Made by a program: the position numbers and the translations under genes | Shown here: piece after piece, positions 36,451 to 46,783 of the stretch | Layout: every line of letters starts with the position of its first letter | How positions within the stretch are numbered: the first letter of the stretch is position 1 | Assembly (NCBI GenBank): GCA_001786575.1 | Contig: MFRW01000004.1 | Span: forward strand, 62,655-126,654 | Origin: Candidatus Moranbacteria bacterium RIFCSPHIGHO2_01_FULL_55_24 | Lineage (GTDB): Bacteria; Patescibacteriota; Minisyncoccia; Moranbacterales; UBA1568 | Direction of reading: 5' to 3' | Length of the DNA: 64,000 nucleotides | The notes under the pieces: generated by a model | Databases searched by the model: none | Told to the model about the DNA's origin: nothing | What the model saw: the letters and a program-made list of their open reading frames with translations, nothing else

Positions 36451-39400
36451 ATGAAATCTTTCCGACGGGTGATAAGGAGGGGTTTGTTTCCATTTTTGCA
36501 TAAGACATTTTCAGCGACAGTCGTTTTGACGATGCTGTTGCAGCCGGTAGGGACTCCAGGAATCTTTGGAGTCTTTTCTTTTTCCCGGAATGTCCAGGCG
36601 CAGGAAGTTGATCCGGCAGCGCCGCAGGCAGATGAGCCGAAGGATGCCGTAACGGAAGAAGTGAAAGAAGAGCCGGCAGTCGAGGAAAAGACAGAGACGC
36701 CAACGGAAGAGACGACTGTTGCTGAAGAAGTATCTACTGAAGCACCTACTGAAGAAGCAGTGACAGAAGAAGCTCCGGTATCGGAAGAAATCGCTCCGGA
36801 AGAAGCGACGGAAGAGGAGAAAACCCCAGAAACCGCTTGCCTAGGCTCCAATGACGAGGTAAAGAGCAGCGAAAAAGGGGATTGGGACACTTCCGAAGAC
36901 GGAAAAGTGTCTGAAACGAAGGAAAAAGTGAAACTCGGAGTGAAGTATGTCTTCCCGGGCAACGAAGACGTGTCAGTCACCTTCACCTGCCTCCCGACAG
37001 ACGAGAGCAAGCTCGACAAGCTGAAGATAGAGGAGATTGATGCATCTGAAATCCAGTTGCCAGAAGGCATGGCCGTAGCTTCAAAATACGCCTACGACAT
37101 TACTACAGACATGAAGAACGGCGATTTTAAATATGATATCGTGTTGCCAAAGAATAAAGAAGTAGATGATGTCAAGGTGGTATATGTTGAAAAGTCTTCA
37201 AGCGAGATAAAGGAAGGAACTCTTAAAAATGAAGATATTAAAGAGGTCTCGAAGGAAGACGTGAAGAGTCTTGAGGATGCGGTTGAAGTTTCCGATCAAG
37301 ATCATTTTTCGTTCTGGTTTCCTACTTTTCCGTCAAAGCCGGACCTGAAAGCAACAAAGAGTCATTCGGGGGATGTTTATCTGAACCAAGCATTCACTTG
37401 GAAGATCCATGTGGAGAATATCGGCAATGCAGACGCAGTTTTCAGTGATACGAAAGTTATCCTTACTGATAACCTGCCAAGTTCTGGCGCGACATACGGT
37501 GCTCCAACAGTCGGTAATTTCGATGATGTTTCCGGAACCGCCAACATTGCCTGTTCCATTGATGGTACAAAGAATCTTATCTGTAAGGCTTCAGGAGGTA
37601 CTGTAACCATCGAAGATGGCGGATCATTCGATATTACGTGGCAGACGACTCCGACTACTACCAATGACCTGAAGAATCCTCGGAATGGCGTACATACAAA
37701 ATGCTATGTTGATCCTGATTGGAGAGTAGACGATAGTGACAGAAGTAATAATGATTGTAGCGAGACGATCAAGGTAAGTATCCAACATACCCAGGTAACT
37801 TTCTGTCATGCCACGCCGTCGGACACGGCTGCTAATGGATACAACGAAATTACTACCGATGATGACGGCGTATTGAGCGGCCATAGCCAGCAGCACAGTG
37901 CTGATATCATCCCGCCGTTTGATTACTATGGAGGTCATTTTAACGGCCAGAACTGGGATGCTGCAGGGGAGGCTATTCTCCGCAATCACTGCGTGCCGAC
38001 CGGTGGGTTGCAGGTGATTAAGACGGTAGATGACCAGTCTGATCTCACGCAGTGGAGTTTCCAACTTGATCAGAATACTCCTGTGCAGGCAGATGCGAGC
38101 GGGATAGTGGATTTCGGGCAAGTGACGACCGGAGCGCATACGATTGCCGAGATAGGACCCAACACATACACTCTGAACACGGTGACTGGTACCGGCTGTA
38201 CCCAAACATCTAATCTCACGGCAAGCGCTACGGTAGTACAGGGCCAGACGACGACTTGTACTTTCAGTAATCTGGTTAATAAAGGATCGATTACCATTAT
38301 CAAGGATGCTCAACCTGATGACGCGCAGGATTTCTCATTTACAGGCGGACTTGGAGACTTTACTCTCGATGACGATGCGGACGGAACGTTCTCTAATACC
38401 AAAGTCTCGGGGCCGCTTTTTCCGGGGGCATACTCTGTCACAGAGAATGCTACCCCAGGCTGGACGCTTGCCGGAGTTGTTTGTACCTCTTCGAATCTCC
38501 AATCACTCAATTCTACATCGAATCCTACTCAAGAAATTACTCTTGCTCCAGGAGAAAATGTCACCTGTACCTTTACGAACACGAAGGACCCATACTGCGG
38601 CGATGGTGTCATGAATCAGACGAGTGAAGCCTGTGACGGTACGGCTGGTACTACACCAGGAGAAAACTTCTGTACGGTAAGTTGTACGCTGAAGCCGATT
38701 TATGACGGTCCGGAAAGCTGTCCGGTCGAAAAGCCTGTGAAGAAGCTTGTCGGTACCTACTCGGTCGATTCGAAAGATGCCGATGGCATCAGCATTCCTT
38801 TGACTTCAGGTGAGACGTATCTTTTCGAAGCATCCGCCGATTTCCGCCCTACGACAGGGGAACAATGGCATTCTGATGCGGGTTATACGAGCAACGATAA
38901 CTGGTCTTCGCTTGCTTCCCAGTACGGTATTCAGGGTACGGGCAATGACTACGCGGCACACGCCCTCCTTGGAGATTTCGGGACAGGAACAGTCGGGGTC
39001 ATCAACTGGGGGGATTATGACTCAAGCCATACTTATGGCGAAGTTTTCACCGCGCCATCTAATGCTGCACAATTCGTCATCGGGGACCGCTACAGCGATT
39101 GGTTCAATACGCTGTACCAGAATCAGAGCGGCATGTCCGATAACGATAGAAGCCTTACGCTCGATGTCTACAGCTGCGAAGAAGCCAAGGCAACGGTAGA
39201 AGTCTGCAAGATGGATGCACAAGAGAACCCACTTCCAGGATGGAGCGTGTTCCTGAAGGGAGCAGCGGTAGAAACGGTCAATGTGGATCCGGATGGCAAT
39301 ACTGACAGCTCTTCCGTCTTGCCCCAGGACAATTACATTCTCGAAGCGAACGGAACCTATACGTACCGGCCAGGTACTCCAGGCGCGGAATTTACCGACG

Positions 39401-42400
39401 CGAATTACTCGAAACGCCATCCATCTGATGCCGTCTACGGAGGCCCGTATGTCCCGTGGGTAAACGTGAACACGTTCCCGTCGCCTCATACCGGCTGGCT
39501 CGGCGTGATGGTGAATGGCGTGGCAACCGATTGGAACAGCTACTTCAATCCGGCACATCAGTACGTTCGCGGCTACCCGAACTATTCCGGTCAGTTCGAC
39601 TTCAAGATTCTCGATGATGTCTATTCGGACAACTCTGGATCAATTCCTGTCGGTATCTATAAGGGATACGCTGGGACGACCGGAGAGGACGGCTGTGTGA
39701 CATTCGAAAACGTGCCGCTTGGCCAATACTCTGTAGGTGAGGTCCAGCAGGACGGCTGGGAATATGTCAGAGGCCAAGGCGGTGTGGAAGTGGATTCTAC
39801 CGACGAGACCTTTACGATCGTGAACCGAGAAGTGCCTCGCAATCCGGCCATTAGTGTCGAGAAGACAGGCTCCGAGTTTGCAGCGGCCGGCGATCCGGTC
39901 ACGTACAACTACGCCGTGACGAATACCGGTGATGTGCCGCTCTCGGATGTCAGCGTCTCTGACGACAAGTGTTCGCCGGTGAACTACGTCTCGGGCGACG
40001 CGAACTCGAATAGTCTCCTCGACCTCACTGAAACTTGGAGTTATACGTGTTCGACGACGCCGACCTGGGCCCACAATACCAAGCTCACGAATACGGCGAC
40101 AGCAACCGGTACCTACAAGGATCAGCATGTCTCCGATACGGATGACTTCACGCTCCAGTCATTCATCCTCCGGAAAGATGTGCGAAAGTCGCTCCAAGAA
40201 GACTTCAGCGATCCGAATGCGAGCTTCGATGTAGAGGTGAAGAAGGGGAGTACCGTTCTCGGTACAGTGACCATCAGCGAATCAGGCCCGGCTGAAATGT
40301 GGCTTGCCGACAGCGGATCCTACCAGTTCTGCGAAGTGAATGTGCCGGCGCAGTACACGCCGCACTATCCGAACGGCTGTCTCACCTTCGTTGCCGGAGA
40401 GGGGAATTATCCCGACTGGAGCCATATCAATTACGTGAGGCCGATCAATGTCCATGCGACCAAGATCGTCTGTACTGATGAAGCCGACCTCCCGAACTGG
40501 GGACATGGCGGAGAAAACATCACGGAAACGACTGCTGAAGACTGGGTTGGTGATCATGCTAGCTGTAGCTTCCAAAATAACTGGAAATTCCAGTGGAGCC
40601 TCGATAAGGTAGGGAACCCGGGCGACAACAATACTGCTGATCCGATTGCGAACTGGAATACTTTCGGCCCGACCGATGTGAATGGGACGACCAGCACGGA
40701 AATCATCAATCCGGCAACATCCCTCCTCTGGTTCCGCGAAGTATGGAAGGACAATTATATCCCTTTCAGCCATGAAGCGCATCCGGATAATTCTGATGAC
40801 GTGAGTGCGGAGTTCTACTGCAATGACGATGTCTTGAACTACGACAACTGGGAATGGATCAATACCGAGCCAGGAGGAACGTATTACTGCGTCGCCTGGA
40901 ACAAGGCGGTCGAGCCGGATGTCGAGATTACCAAGATCGATGATCAGGATCCGATTATAAGCGGAAACATCCTCACCTATACCCTCACTGCCAAGAACAA
41001 CGGAGTGAACCCGGCGACCGATGTTGTCGTGACGGATACGCTTCCGGTGAACTTCCAGCTCATGAGCGTGACGCCAGGAGCAGGGGATAGCTGTTCGGAT
41101 GCAGAAGATGTCATAGACAAGGATATTCAGTGCGAATTGGGAACGCTCGCTCCGAACGAGACCGCGGTGATTATCGTCAAAGGTATCGCTCTCGGAGTCG
41201 GTACGCTTGAGAATACCGCGGAAGTGACCAATACGAACGGCGATACCAACACCGAGAACAATAGCGACACCGAGGAAACGACAGTAACGGAAATCGCAGG
41301 TGTCTGCCGCGACAATACGACCTATGCCAATTCGGTGGTGGCAGTGGATCAGGGGACTCTCAAGAGCGGCGCTTCGATCACTGATCCGACAAGAATTGTT
41401 CCCGGATACGCCTTAGGCGTGCCGGATAGCAAATTCTTCAGTCTTGGAAATGGAGGTTCTCTCGTAGTCAAATTTACTGATCCGGTAATCGACGTCGTTG
41501 GCGCAGACCTCTCATTCCATGAGACGATGAACGGCCGCAATAGCTATCCGCTCGAGAAAGCTGATGTCTCGGTAAGTTCTGACGGCGTTACCTTTGTTCC
41601 GGTAGGATCCGTGACGAGTGAACCCGGCGATGACGGCGTGATGTATCTCGACTTCTCTTCGACCGGACTTCCGTCGATCCAGTATGTGAAGCTTGTCGAT
41701 ACGACTGCCTATGGTCCGCATGCTTCGAATGCCGATGGTTATGACATTGAAGCGATCGACGCCAAGTGCGATTCGGGAACGATCGTCGTGAAGAAAGAGA
41801 CAAATCCCGACAAAAGTGATCAAAGCTTCTCATTCGATCCGAGTTGGGGAGAGGATTTCTCTCTTACTGACGGTCAGTCCTCTTCGTTCAACCTCCTCTC
41901 CGGAACCTATTCTGTAGCGGAGACTCTCCCATTGCCTGAAGGATGGGATCAGACGAACGTATCTTGCGTGAGCAGCAATGATGACCATGAAAGCGCAGAT
42001 AACATTTCTCTCCAGCCTGGCGAGACCATAACCTGCACCTTCACCAATACCCAGCCGATCACGGTTGTTGCTTCAAAGATCGTCTGTGATAACGAGAGTT
42101 ATCTCCCGAATTGGGGCGGGGGAAACACGGAACTGATTGACGGGAATACCGCTTCAAATTGGCTCAATGACGGAGCGCATCCGGAACGTCTCCAGCACTG
42201 TGCTCTTACGGATAACTGGGATTTCGAATGGGGACCGATCAATTCAGGCGATGCCGGCGATGCCTTTACTGGGCCGGCAGGAGGCCAGTGGAACACGTTC
42301 GGTCCGACCGTCGCCGGGACGACTACGGCAGTGATTCCCGGTACGGTGAATCTTGGCGGAAGGATCGAGATGCGCGAAGTGCTCCAGCCGGACTACCTCC

Positions 42401-45400
42401 CATTCGGATATAGCAATGGCAATAGCGACTTCAGCGCCGAAATGTACTGTACTGGCGATACTGTGAACTATGACAACTGGGAGTGGATCAATAATCCGCA
42501 AGCCGGACAGACGTACTACTGCGTTGCGTGGAATGCGCTCAAGACCGGGGAGATTACCGGCTTCAAATGGGATGATCTCAATGGAAATGGGCAGTATGAC
42601 TGCAGTATAGATGGCCTAGTAGCGCAAGATACGGAGGTTCTCGATGCGTGTGAGCAGAAGCTTGCGGATTGGACAATCTTTATCGACACCAATAATAGTG
42701 GCGTCCTCGATTCGGGGGAAGTGTCGACTGCTACTGATTCCAACGGGGACTATATCTTCGATGATCTCATTCCGGGTACGTATCGCGTGTGTGAACAGCA
42801 GCAGACTGATTGGCAACAGACATACCCGCAAAATGAGATCTACAACTGTCATGATGTGACCGTTGGCCCTGGCCAGACGAGCGGAGGTAACAACTTCGGG
42901 AATTTCCATCTTGGAAAGGTATCCGGGGAGAAGTTCGAAGATCTTAACGGCGACGGCTATACCGAAGGCGACTCCGGTCTTGATGGCTGGACCATGGTTC
43001 TCGGAAAATCCGTACTGGTGAAGTCGGTGAGCGTCGACTCTGCAAGTGATGTTCCTGTCGACCTCGGAACCTTTGCTTCAGGAAAATCCTACCTTGTCAC
43101 AGCAGAGGGAACATTCGACGCTGGAGACTTCATTACGGGCGATGCAGAATGCTCTTCGCGAGCAGGAAGCCTCTGGAATACCTTTGTGAAGAATTACGAG
43201 TCCTACGGCGAAACTCTCCTTGATCTCCAGATCGACGGGGCGGCGACCGATTGGGGAGGTTGTAACGGAGGTAATGTCTATAGCAAGATCTTTGCCGGCG
43301 ATGACGCTTCGCACAACGCCTTCATCTATGATGTCTACAAGCCGAATAATAGCGGCTCCCTCACCGTGAAGGTGTATGAACTCACTGATGTCCTGACTGA
43401 TGTGACTTCTGGCGGCGGGCTGTACGATTTCGCGGGTCTCACTGCTGGCGACTATGCTCTCTGCGAAGTCCAGCAGTCAAACTGGACGCAAACCGCGCCT
43501 ACGTCAGCCTGTCACTGGTTCACCGTTGATTCGGGCTTTGATGGGAAATACGACTTCGCCAACTTCCATCCAGGAACGATTACGGGAATAAAGTTCAATG
43601 ACTGCAATGGAGATGGTAAGCAGGGCAATGGCGATCTCGAACGCTCTATTGATGATCAAGAAACGTGTCAGGAAACCGGTCTACAAGGATGGACTATCTA
43701 TCTTGACCTGGATAACAATGGCAGCCTTGATGCTAATGAGCCTTCGACAATAACCGATGAAAATGGGTACTACTCGTTCACGGGTCTTCCGGTAGGGCAG
43801 TACATTGTCCGGGAAGTAAACCAGAATGGGTGGCAGCAAACGACTGCTATGTGTGGCGGACCGATCCTGACTGATAATGAAGAGTTTATTGTCCAATCAG
43901 TCCAACTCGGTGGGATTGCCATCGAATCAGGGTCAGAAGAAACGTGTTCTATCGGAAACTATCAGACACCTGGAGCACAGATCTTCAAGACGAATAATTC
44001 GGAAGGACCTCAACTGCCCGGGGATATCGTTACTTTCAGGCTTGAGGTAACTGTCCTCAATAACAGCGTGAATAACGTCGAGCTTACTGATCTTCCGCCG
44101 GAAGGGTTCGAATATGTCGAGGGTTCTGGGGAAGGAGCGCCTTTCATCAAACCCTATGCTTCACCTGGCATCTGGGATCTCGGGGATATGGCCGCGGGAG
44201 AAACAAAAATTATTACCTACAAGGCGAAGATTAGCGATACCCAGGATGAGGGACTCTACGAGGACTTGGCTTTTGCCAAAGGCACCTCGGCCTTGAATGA
44301 CCCTGTACTGGCTGAAGACCCTTCGGACTCTGACAACTTCGTAGGCACCCAGGTAGCGGTAGCGCTTCCGGAGACGAGCTCATACACCGTGCCGGAAGTG
44401 GAGGTAGACCGGGACAGGACTGAAACGAAAAAAATCGTCCTCGGTGCCTCTACTAGCCTGCCGATGACCGGAGCCGATGTACGGACACTTCTCGGAATCG
44501 TAGCGCTCTTCCTCGCGGGAATAGCTCTCCTCGCTCTGGGCCGCCGCAAGGCGAGGGCGACGCTCGCAGGAGTCTTCCTCCTGGCTGCTCTGCTCTCGTT
44601 CGGCTCTCCGGCAGAAGCCGCAGACTCGAGCCTCTCTGTGGAGATGGAAACGCCAGATGCGCAGGTGACGAGCCCGGACTTCAAGATCGGCTTCGTTGCT
44701 CTCGACATTCTTGACCGGCCGGTGACAGTAGAGTGCCAGGTGCAGGGACCAGCGGATGTCTCCTTCTCGACTTTCGCTACGCCGGTACTGAATGCTGCGG
44801 GCGGAAACTCCGGCGACTGCCAGGTGAACGCGGGCGTCATGCCGGCGGATGGCGATTACCAGTTCCAGGTGGTAGCAACGGCTAATGATGACGAGGAAAG
44901 CAGCGAGACGGAAACTGCAGGGCCGAAGACCGTGAAACTGCACTCTACCTTCCCAGGAACGCCGGTAAACTACAACCGCACCGATCTCTCGTGCGCGAAC
45001 AAGATGGAATACACGACAGCAGCCGATGGTGGCAAGACGGTGAAAGTCGAACTGTATCGCAGCACTTCGAAGACCTTCGTTGCGGATGCTTCTACGAAAG
45101 TGGATGAGCAGGCGATCGGCTCAAGCCAGGACGGAGCGTTCGTGAACGCTGTCCCTGACTGCAATGCGGACTACTTCTACTCCATCCGGGCGGTAGATGC
45201 TCTGGGGAACGGGTCCGGATTCACCGGCGATGGCATCACGACAGTCGATACCGACATCAAACACAAGAAAAAGTACATTGAAGGTGCTGCTGCAACAGGC
45301 ACGACCGGAGCGCTCGCGGTAAGCGGCGCTGAAGCCGGTGCAGCCGAAGGCGGTGCTGTACAAGGAGAAACGACTCCGGAAGCTGCAGCAGGCGAAGCCG

Positions 45401-45558
45401 GAAGCGTCTTGGGTGAGATGACCGAAGAGAGTGCTGCCGGAGGAGTCTTCGGCGAGAACGGATTCGTGAGCAATCACCCGTGGCTTACCAGCCTGATAAT
45501 CCTCGTGATTCTCGCCGGTCTCTACATCTTCTACCGCCTACGCCCGCGCAATGCCTAG
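36451..45558 (+). CDS. Giant multidomain surface adhesin (~3,035 aa; DUF11, SdrD-B/prealbumin-like and lectin-like domains)
   Basis: Long signal region ending VQA, acidic linker, DUF11-like repeats (ITKIDDQDP...LTYTLT.KN.G), G.ITG.K..D.NG.G repeats, CGDG Cys repeat, internal LPMTG, C-terminal TM. Confidence 0.92.
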   Translation: MKSFRRVIRRGLFPFLHKTFSATVVLTMLLQPVGTPGIFGVFSFSRNVQAQEVDPAAPQADEPKDAVTEEVKEEPAVEEKTETPTEETTVAEEVSTEAPTEEAVTEEAPVSEEIAPEEATEEEKTPETACLGSNDEVKSSEKGDWDTSEDGKVSETKEKVKLGVKYVFPGNEDVSVTFTCLPTDESKLDKLKIEEIDASEIQLPEGMAVASKYAYDITTDMKNGDFKYDIVLPKNKEVDDVKVVYVEKSSSEIKEGTLKNEDIKEVSKEDVKSLEDAVEVSDQDHFSFWFPTFPSKPDLKATKSHSGDVYLNQAFTWKIHVENIGNADAVFSDTKVILTDNLPSSGATYGAPTVGNFDDVSGTANIACSIDGTKNLICKASGGTVTIEDGGSFDITWQTTPTTTNDLKNPRNGVHTKCYVDPDWRVDDSDRSNNDCSETIKVSIQHTQVTFCHATPSDTAANGYNEITTDDDGVLSGHSQQHSADIIPPFDYYGGHFNGQNWDAAGEAILRNHCVPTGGLQVIKTVDDQSDLTQWSFQLDQNTPVQADASGIVDFGQVTTGAHTIAEIGPNTYTLNTVTGTGCTQTSNLTASATVVQGQTTTCTFSNLVNKGSITIIKDAQPDDAQDFSFTGGLGDFTLDDDADGTFSNTKVSGPLFPGAYSVTENATPGWTLAGVVCTSSNLQSLNSTSNPTQEITLAPGENVTCTFTNTKDPYCGDGVMNQTSEACDGTAGTTPGENFCTVSCTLKPIYDGPESCPVEKPVKKLVGTYSVDSKDADGISIPLTSGETYLFEASADFRPTTGEQWHSDAGYTSNDNWSSLASQYGIQGTGNDYAAHALLGDFGTGTVGVINWGDYDSSHTYGEVFTAPSNAAQFVIGDRYSDWFNTLYQNQSGMSDNDRSLTLDVYSCEEAKATVEVCKMDAQENPLPGWSVFLKGAAVETVNVDPDGNTDSSSVLPQDNYILEANGTYTYRPGTPGAEFTDANYSKRHPSDAVYGGPYVPWVNVNTFPSPHTGWLGVMVNGVATDWNSYFNPAHQYVRGYPNYSGQFDFKILDDVYSDNSGSIPVGIYKGYAGTTGEDGCVTFENVPLGQYSVGEVQQDGWEYVRGQGGVEVDSTDETFTIVNREVPRNPAISVEKTGSEFAAAGDPVTYNYAVTNTGDVPLSDVSVSDDKCSPVNYVSGDANSNSLLDLTETWSYTCSTTPTWAHNTKLTNTATATGTYKDQHVSDTDDFTLQSFILRKDVRKSLQEDFSDPNASFDVEVKKGSTVLGTVTISESGPAEMWLADSGSYQFCEVNVPAQYTPHYPNGCLTFVAGEGNYPDWSHINYVRPINVHATKIVCTDEADLPNWGHGGENITETTAEDWVGDHASCSFQNNWKFQWSLDKVGNPGDNNTADPIANWNTFGPTDVNGTTSTEIINPATSLLWFREVWKDNYIPFSHEAHPDNSDDVSAEFYCNDDVLNYDNWEWINTEPGGTYYCVAWNKAVEPDVEITKIDDQDPIISGNILTYTLTAKNNGVNPATDVVVTDTLPVNFQLMSVTPGAGDSCSDAEDVIDKDIQCELGTLAPNETAVIIVKGIALGVGTLENTAEVTNTNGDTNTENNSDTEETTVTEIAGVCRDNTTYANSVVAVDQGTLKSGASITDPTRIVPGYALGVPDSKFFSLGNGGSLVVKFTDPVIDVVGADLSFHETMNGRNSYPLEKADVSVSSDGVTFVPVGSVTSEPGDDGVMYLDFSSTGLPSIQYVKLVDTTAYGPHASNADGYDIEAIDAKCDSGTIVVKKETNPDKSDQSFSFDPSWGEDFSLTDGQSSSFNLLSGTYSVAETLPLPEGWDQTNVSCVSSNDDHESADNISLQPGETITCTFTNTQPITVVASKIVCDNESYLPNWGGGNTELIDGNTASNWLNDGAHPERLQHCALTDNWDFEWGPINSGDAGDAFTGPAGGQWNTFGPTVAGTTTAVIPGTVNLGGRIEMREVLQPDYLPFGYSNGNSDFSAEMYCTGDTVNYDNWEWINNPQAGQTYYCVAWNALKTGEITGFKWDDLNGNGQYDCSIDGLVAQDTEVLDACEQKLADWTIFIDTNNSGVLDSGEVSTATDSNGDYIFDDLIPGTYRVCEQQQTDWQQTYPQNEIYNCHDVTVGPGQTSGGNNFGNFHLGKVSGEKFEDLNGDGYTEGDSGLDGWTMVLGKSVLVKSVSVDSASDVPVDLGTFASGKSYLVTAEGTFDAGDFITGDAECSSRAGSLWNTFVKNYESYGETLLDLQIDGAATDWGGCNGGNVYSKIFAGDDASHNAFIYDVYKPNNSGSLTVKVYELTDVLTDVTSGGGLYDFAGLTAGDYALCEVQQSNWTQTAPTSACHWFTVDSGFDGKYDFANFHPGTITGIKFNDCNGDGKQGNGDLERSIDDQETCQETGLQGWTIYLDLDNNGSLDANEPSTITDENGYYSFTGLPVGQYIVREVNQNGWQQTTAMCGGPILTDNEEFIVQSVQLGGIAIESGSEETCSIGNYQTPGAQIFKTNNSEGPQLPGDIVTFRLEVTVLNNSVNNVELTDLPPEGFEYVEGSGEGAPFIKPYASPGIWDLGDMAAGETKIITYKAKISDTQDEGLYEDLAFAKGTSALNDPVLAEDPSDSDNFVGTQVAVALPETSSYTVPEVEVDRDRTETKKIVLGASTSLPMTGADVRTLLGIVALFLAGIALLALGRRKARATLAGVFLLAALLSFGSPAEAADSSLSVEMETPDAQVTSPDFKIGFVALDILDRPVTVECQVQGPADVSFSTFATPVLNAAGGNSGDCQVNAGVMPADGDYQFQVVATANDDEESSETETAGPKTVKLHSTFPGTPVNYNRTDLSCANKMEYTTAADGGKTVKVELYRSTSKTFVADASTKVDEQAIGSSQDGAFVNAVPDCNADYFYSIRAVDALGNGSGFTGDGITTVDTDIKHKKKYIEGAAATGTTGALAVSGAEAGAAEGGAVQGETTPEAAAGEAGSVLGEMTEESAAGGVFGENGFVSNHPWLTSLIILVILAGLYIFYRLRPRNA

Positions 45559-46198
45559 TCACGCTCCCCAGAAGAACTGGCTCACCCATGCAGGGTCTTT
45601 CCTGATCGTGGCCTCTCTTGTGCTGTTTCTGGCCACATTCTTCCCGGTACTTAGGGAAGAGGTAGCCTATCGCTTCGAGCAGGATACGATCCCGCCGGTC
45701 TTGACGAAGACCGAGCAGGCAGCCAAGGGAGAGACCGGAGCAGAAGAAGTGCTGGTTCCGGTAGATGAGGACTTCGGGATCGTTATCCCGAAGATCCGCG
45801 CCAATGCCAAGGTTGTGGCAGATGTGGATTGGCAGGACTCGGCTCGCTACCAGAGGGCCCTCCAGGAGGGGGTAGCGCATGCCAAAGGAACAGCCAAGCC
45901 GGGGGAATCGGGGAACATCTTCCTCTTCTCGCACTCCGGCGTTGACTTCTACGAAGCCGCCCGCTACAATGCCGTGTTCTATCTCATGAACAAGCTCTCG
46001 GCGGGGGACGAGATCGAGCTCTTCTACCAGGGGGTCCGTTATGGATACCGGGTGAAAGAAGTGAAAATCGTGGGAGCGGAAGAGACGGGGTACATCACCG
46101 GACCAGGGCGAGGAAAGACGCTTACGCTCATGACCTGCTGGCCTGCCGGCACGACTCTGAAGCGCCTCGTCGTTATCGCCGAACAGAAGGAAAACTGA
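45551..46198 (+). CDS. Sortase
   Basis: N-terminal TM, IVIPKI, GNIFLFSHS (His), TLTLMTCWP (Cys), RLVV (Arg); overlaps the adhesin stop. Confidence 0.93.
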   Translation: MPSHAPQKNWLTHAGSFLIVASLVLFLATFFPVLREEVAYRFEQDTIPPVLTKTEQAAKGETGAEEVLVPVDEDFGIVIPKIRANAKVVADVDWQDSARYQRALQEGVAHAKGTAKPGESGNIFLFSHSGVDFYEAARYNAVFYLMNKLSAGDEIELFYQGVRYGYRVKEVKIVGAEETGYITGPGRGKTLTLMTCWPAGTTLKRLVVIAEQKEN

Positions 46199-46204
46199 CG
46201 CCTT

Positions 46205-46783
46205 ATGGAACAATCGCAAGAAATCGCATCGCACGAAAGCTTCGGCGGCTACCGGCCGCTCGCTATCGTAATGGCGCTTCTCATATTGGAATGCGCCATG
46301 GCATTTTTCTTTTTCCAGCCGCCGCAAGCGGAGAGATTTTCGGATTTTCCGCTCTGGGAGGAGATGCAGACGGAGCGTGAAGGCACGCCTCTCCGGCTCT
46401 CGGAGATCGAAGGGGCGAGCATCGGCGGCCCAGCTGTAACGACTGCGAACGAAGAAGGGCTCCGTGAGATAGGCGCTTCCTGCCAGACCTTGCCCCCAGA
46501 GCTGTGGCTCTTCCTCCTGGTGGCGTACGCGCTCCTGCTTGTCTTCAATTTTTCTTATACTATCCGCGCCGAGGGGCGTGTCATGTGGAAATCGGAAGCG
46601 GTCTACGGTCTCCTCTTCATCATCGGCTGGTATGTCTTCGATAGCTGCAGGGAAACGTGGTGGTTCCCGCTTCTGCTGGCACAGGTCGGCCTGACGCTCT
46701 TCTTAGGCGCCATCTTCGTCCTTGAAGAAAAGAAAAAGCGCCCTCTGACGGGCGCTCGGGAGCAGGAAACCCTGCCGTTCTAG
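46205..46783 (+). CDS. Hypothetical multi-TM protein in the adhesin-sortase operon
   Basis: Four hydrophobic segments; starts 6 nt after the sortase stop. Confidence 0.7.
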   Translation: MEQSQEIASHESFGGYRPLAIVMALLILECAMAFFFFQPPQAERFSDFPLWEEMQTEREGTPLRLSEIEGASIGGPAVTTANEEGLREIGASCQTLPPELWLFLLVAYALLLVFNFSYTIRAEGRVMWKSEAVYGLLFIIGWYVFDSCRETWWFPLLLAQVGLTLFLGAIFVLEEKKKRPLTGAREQETLPF

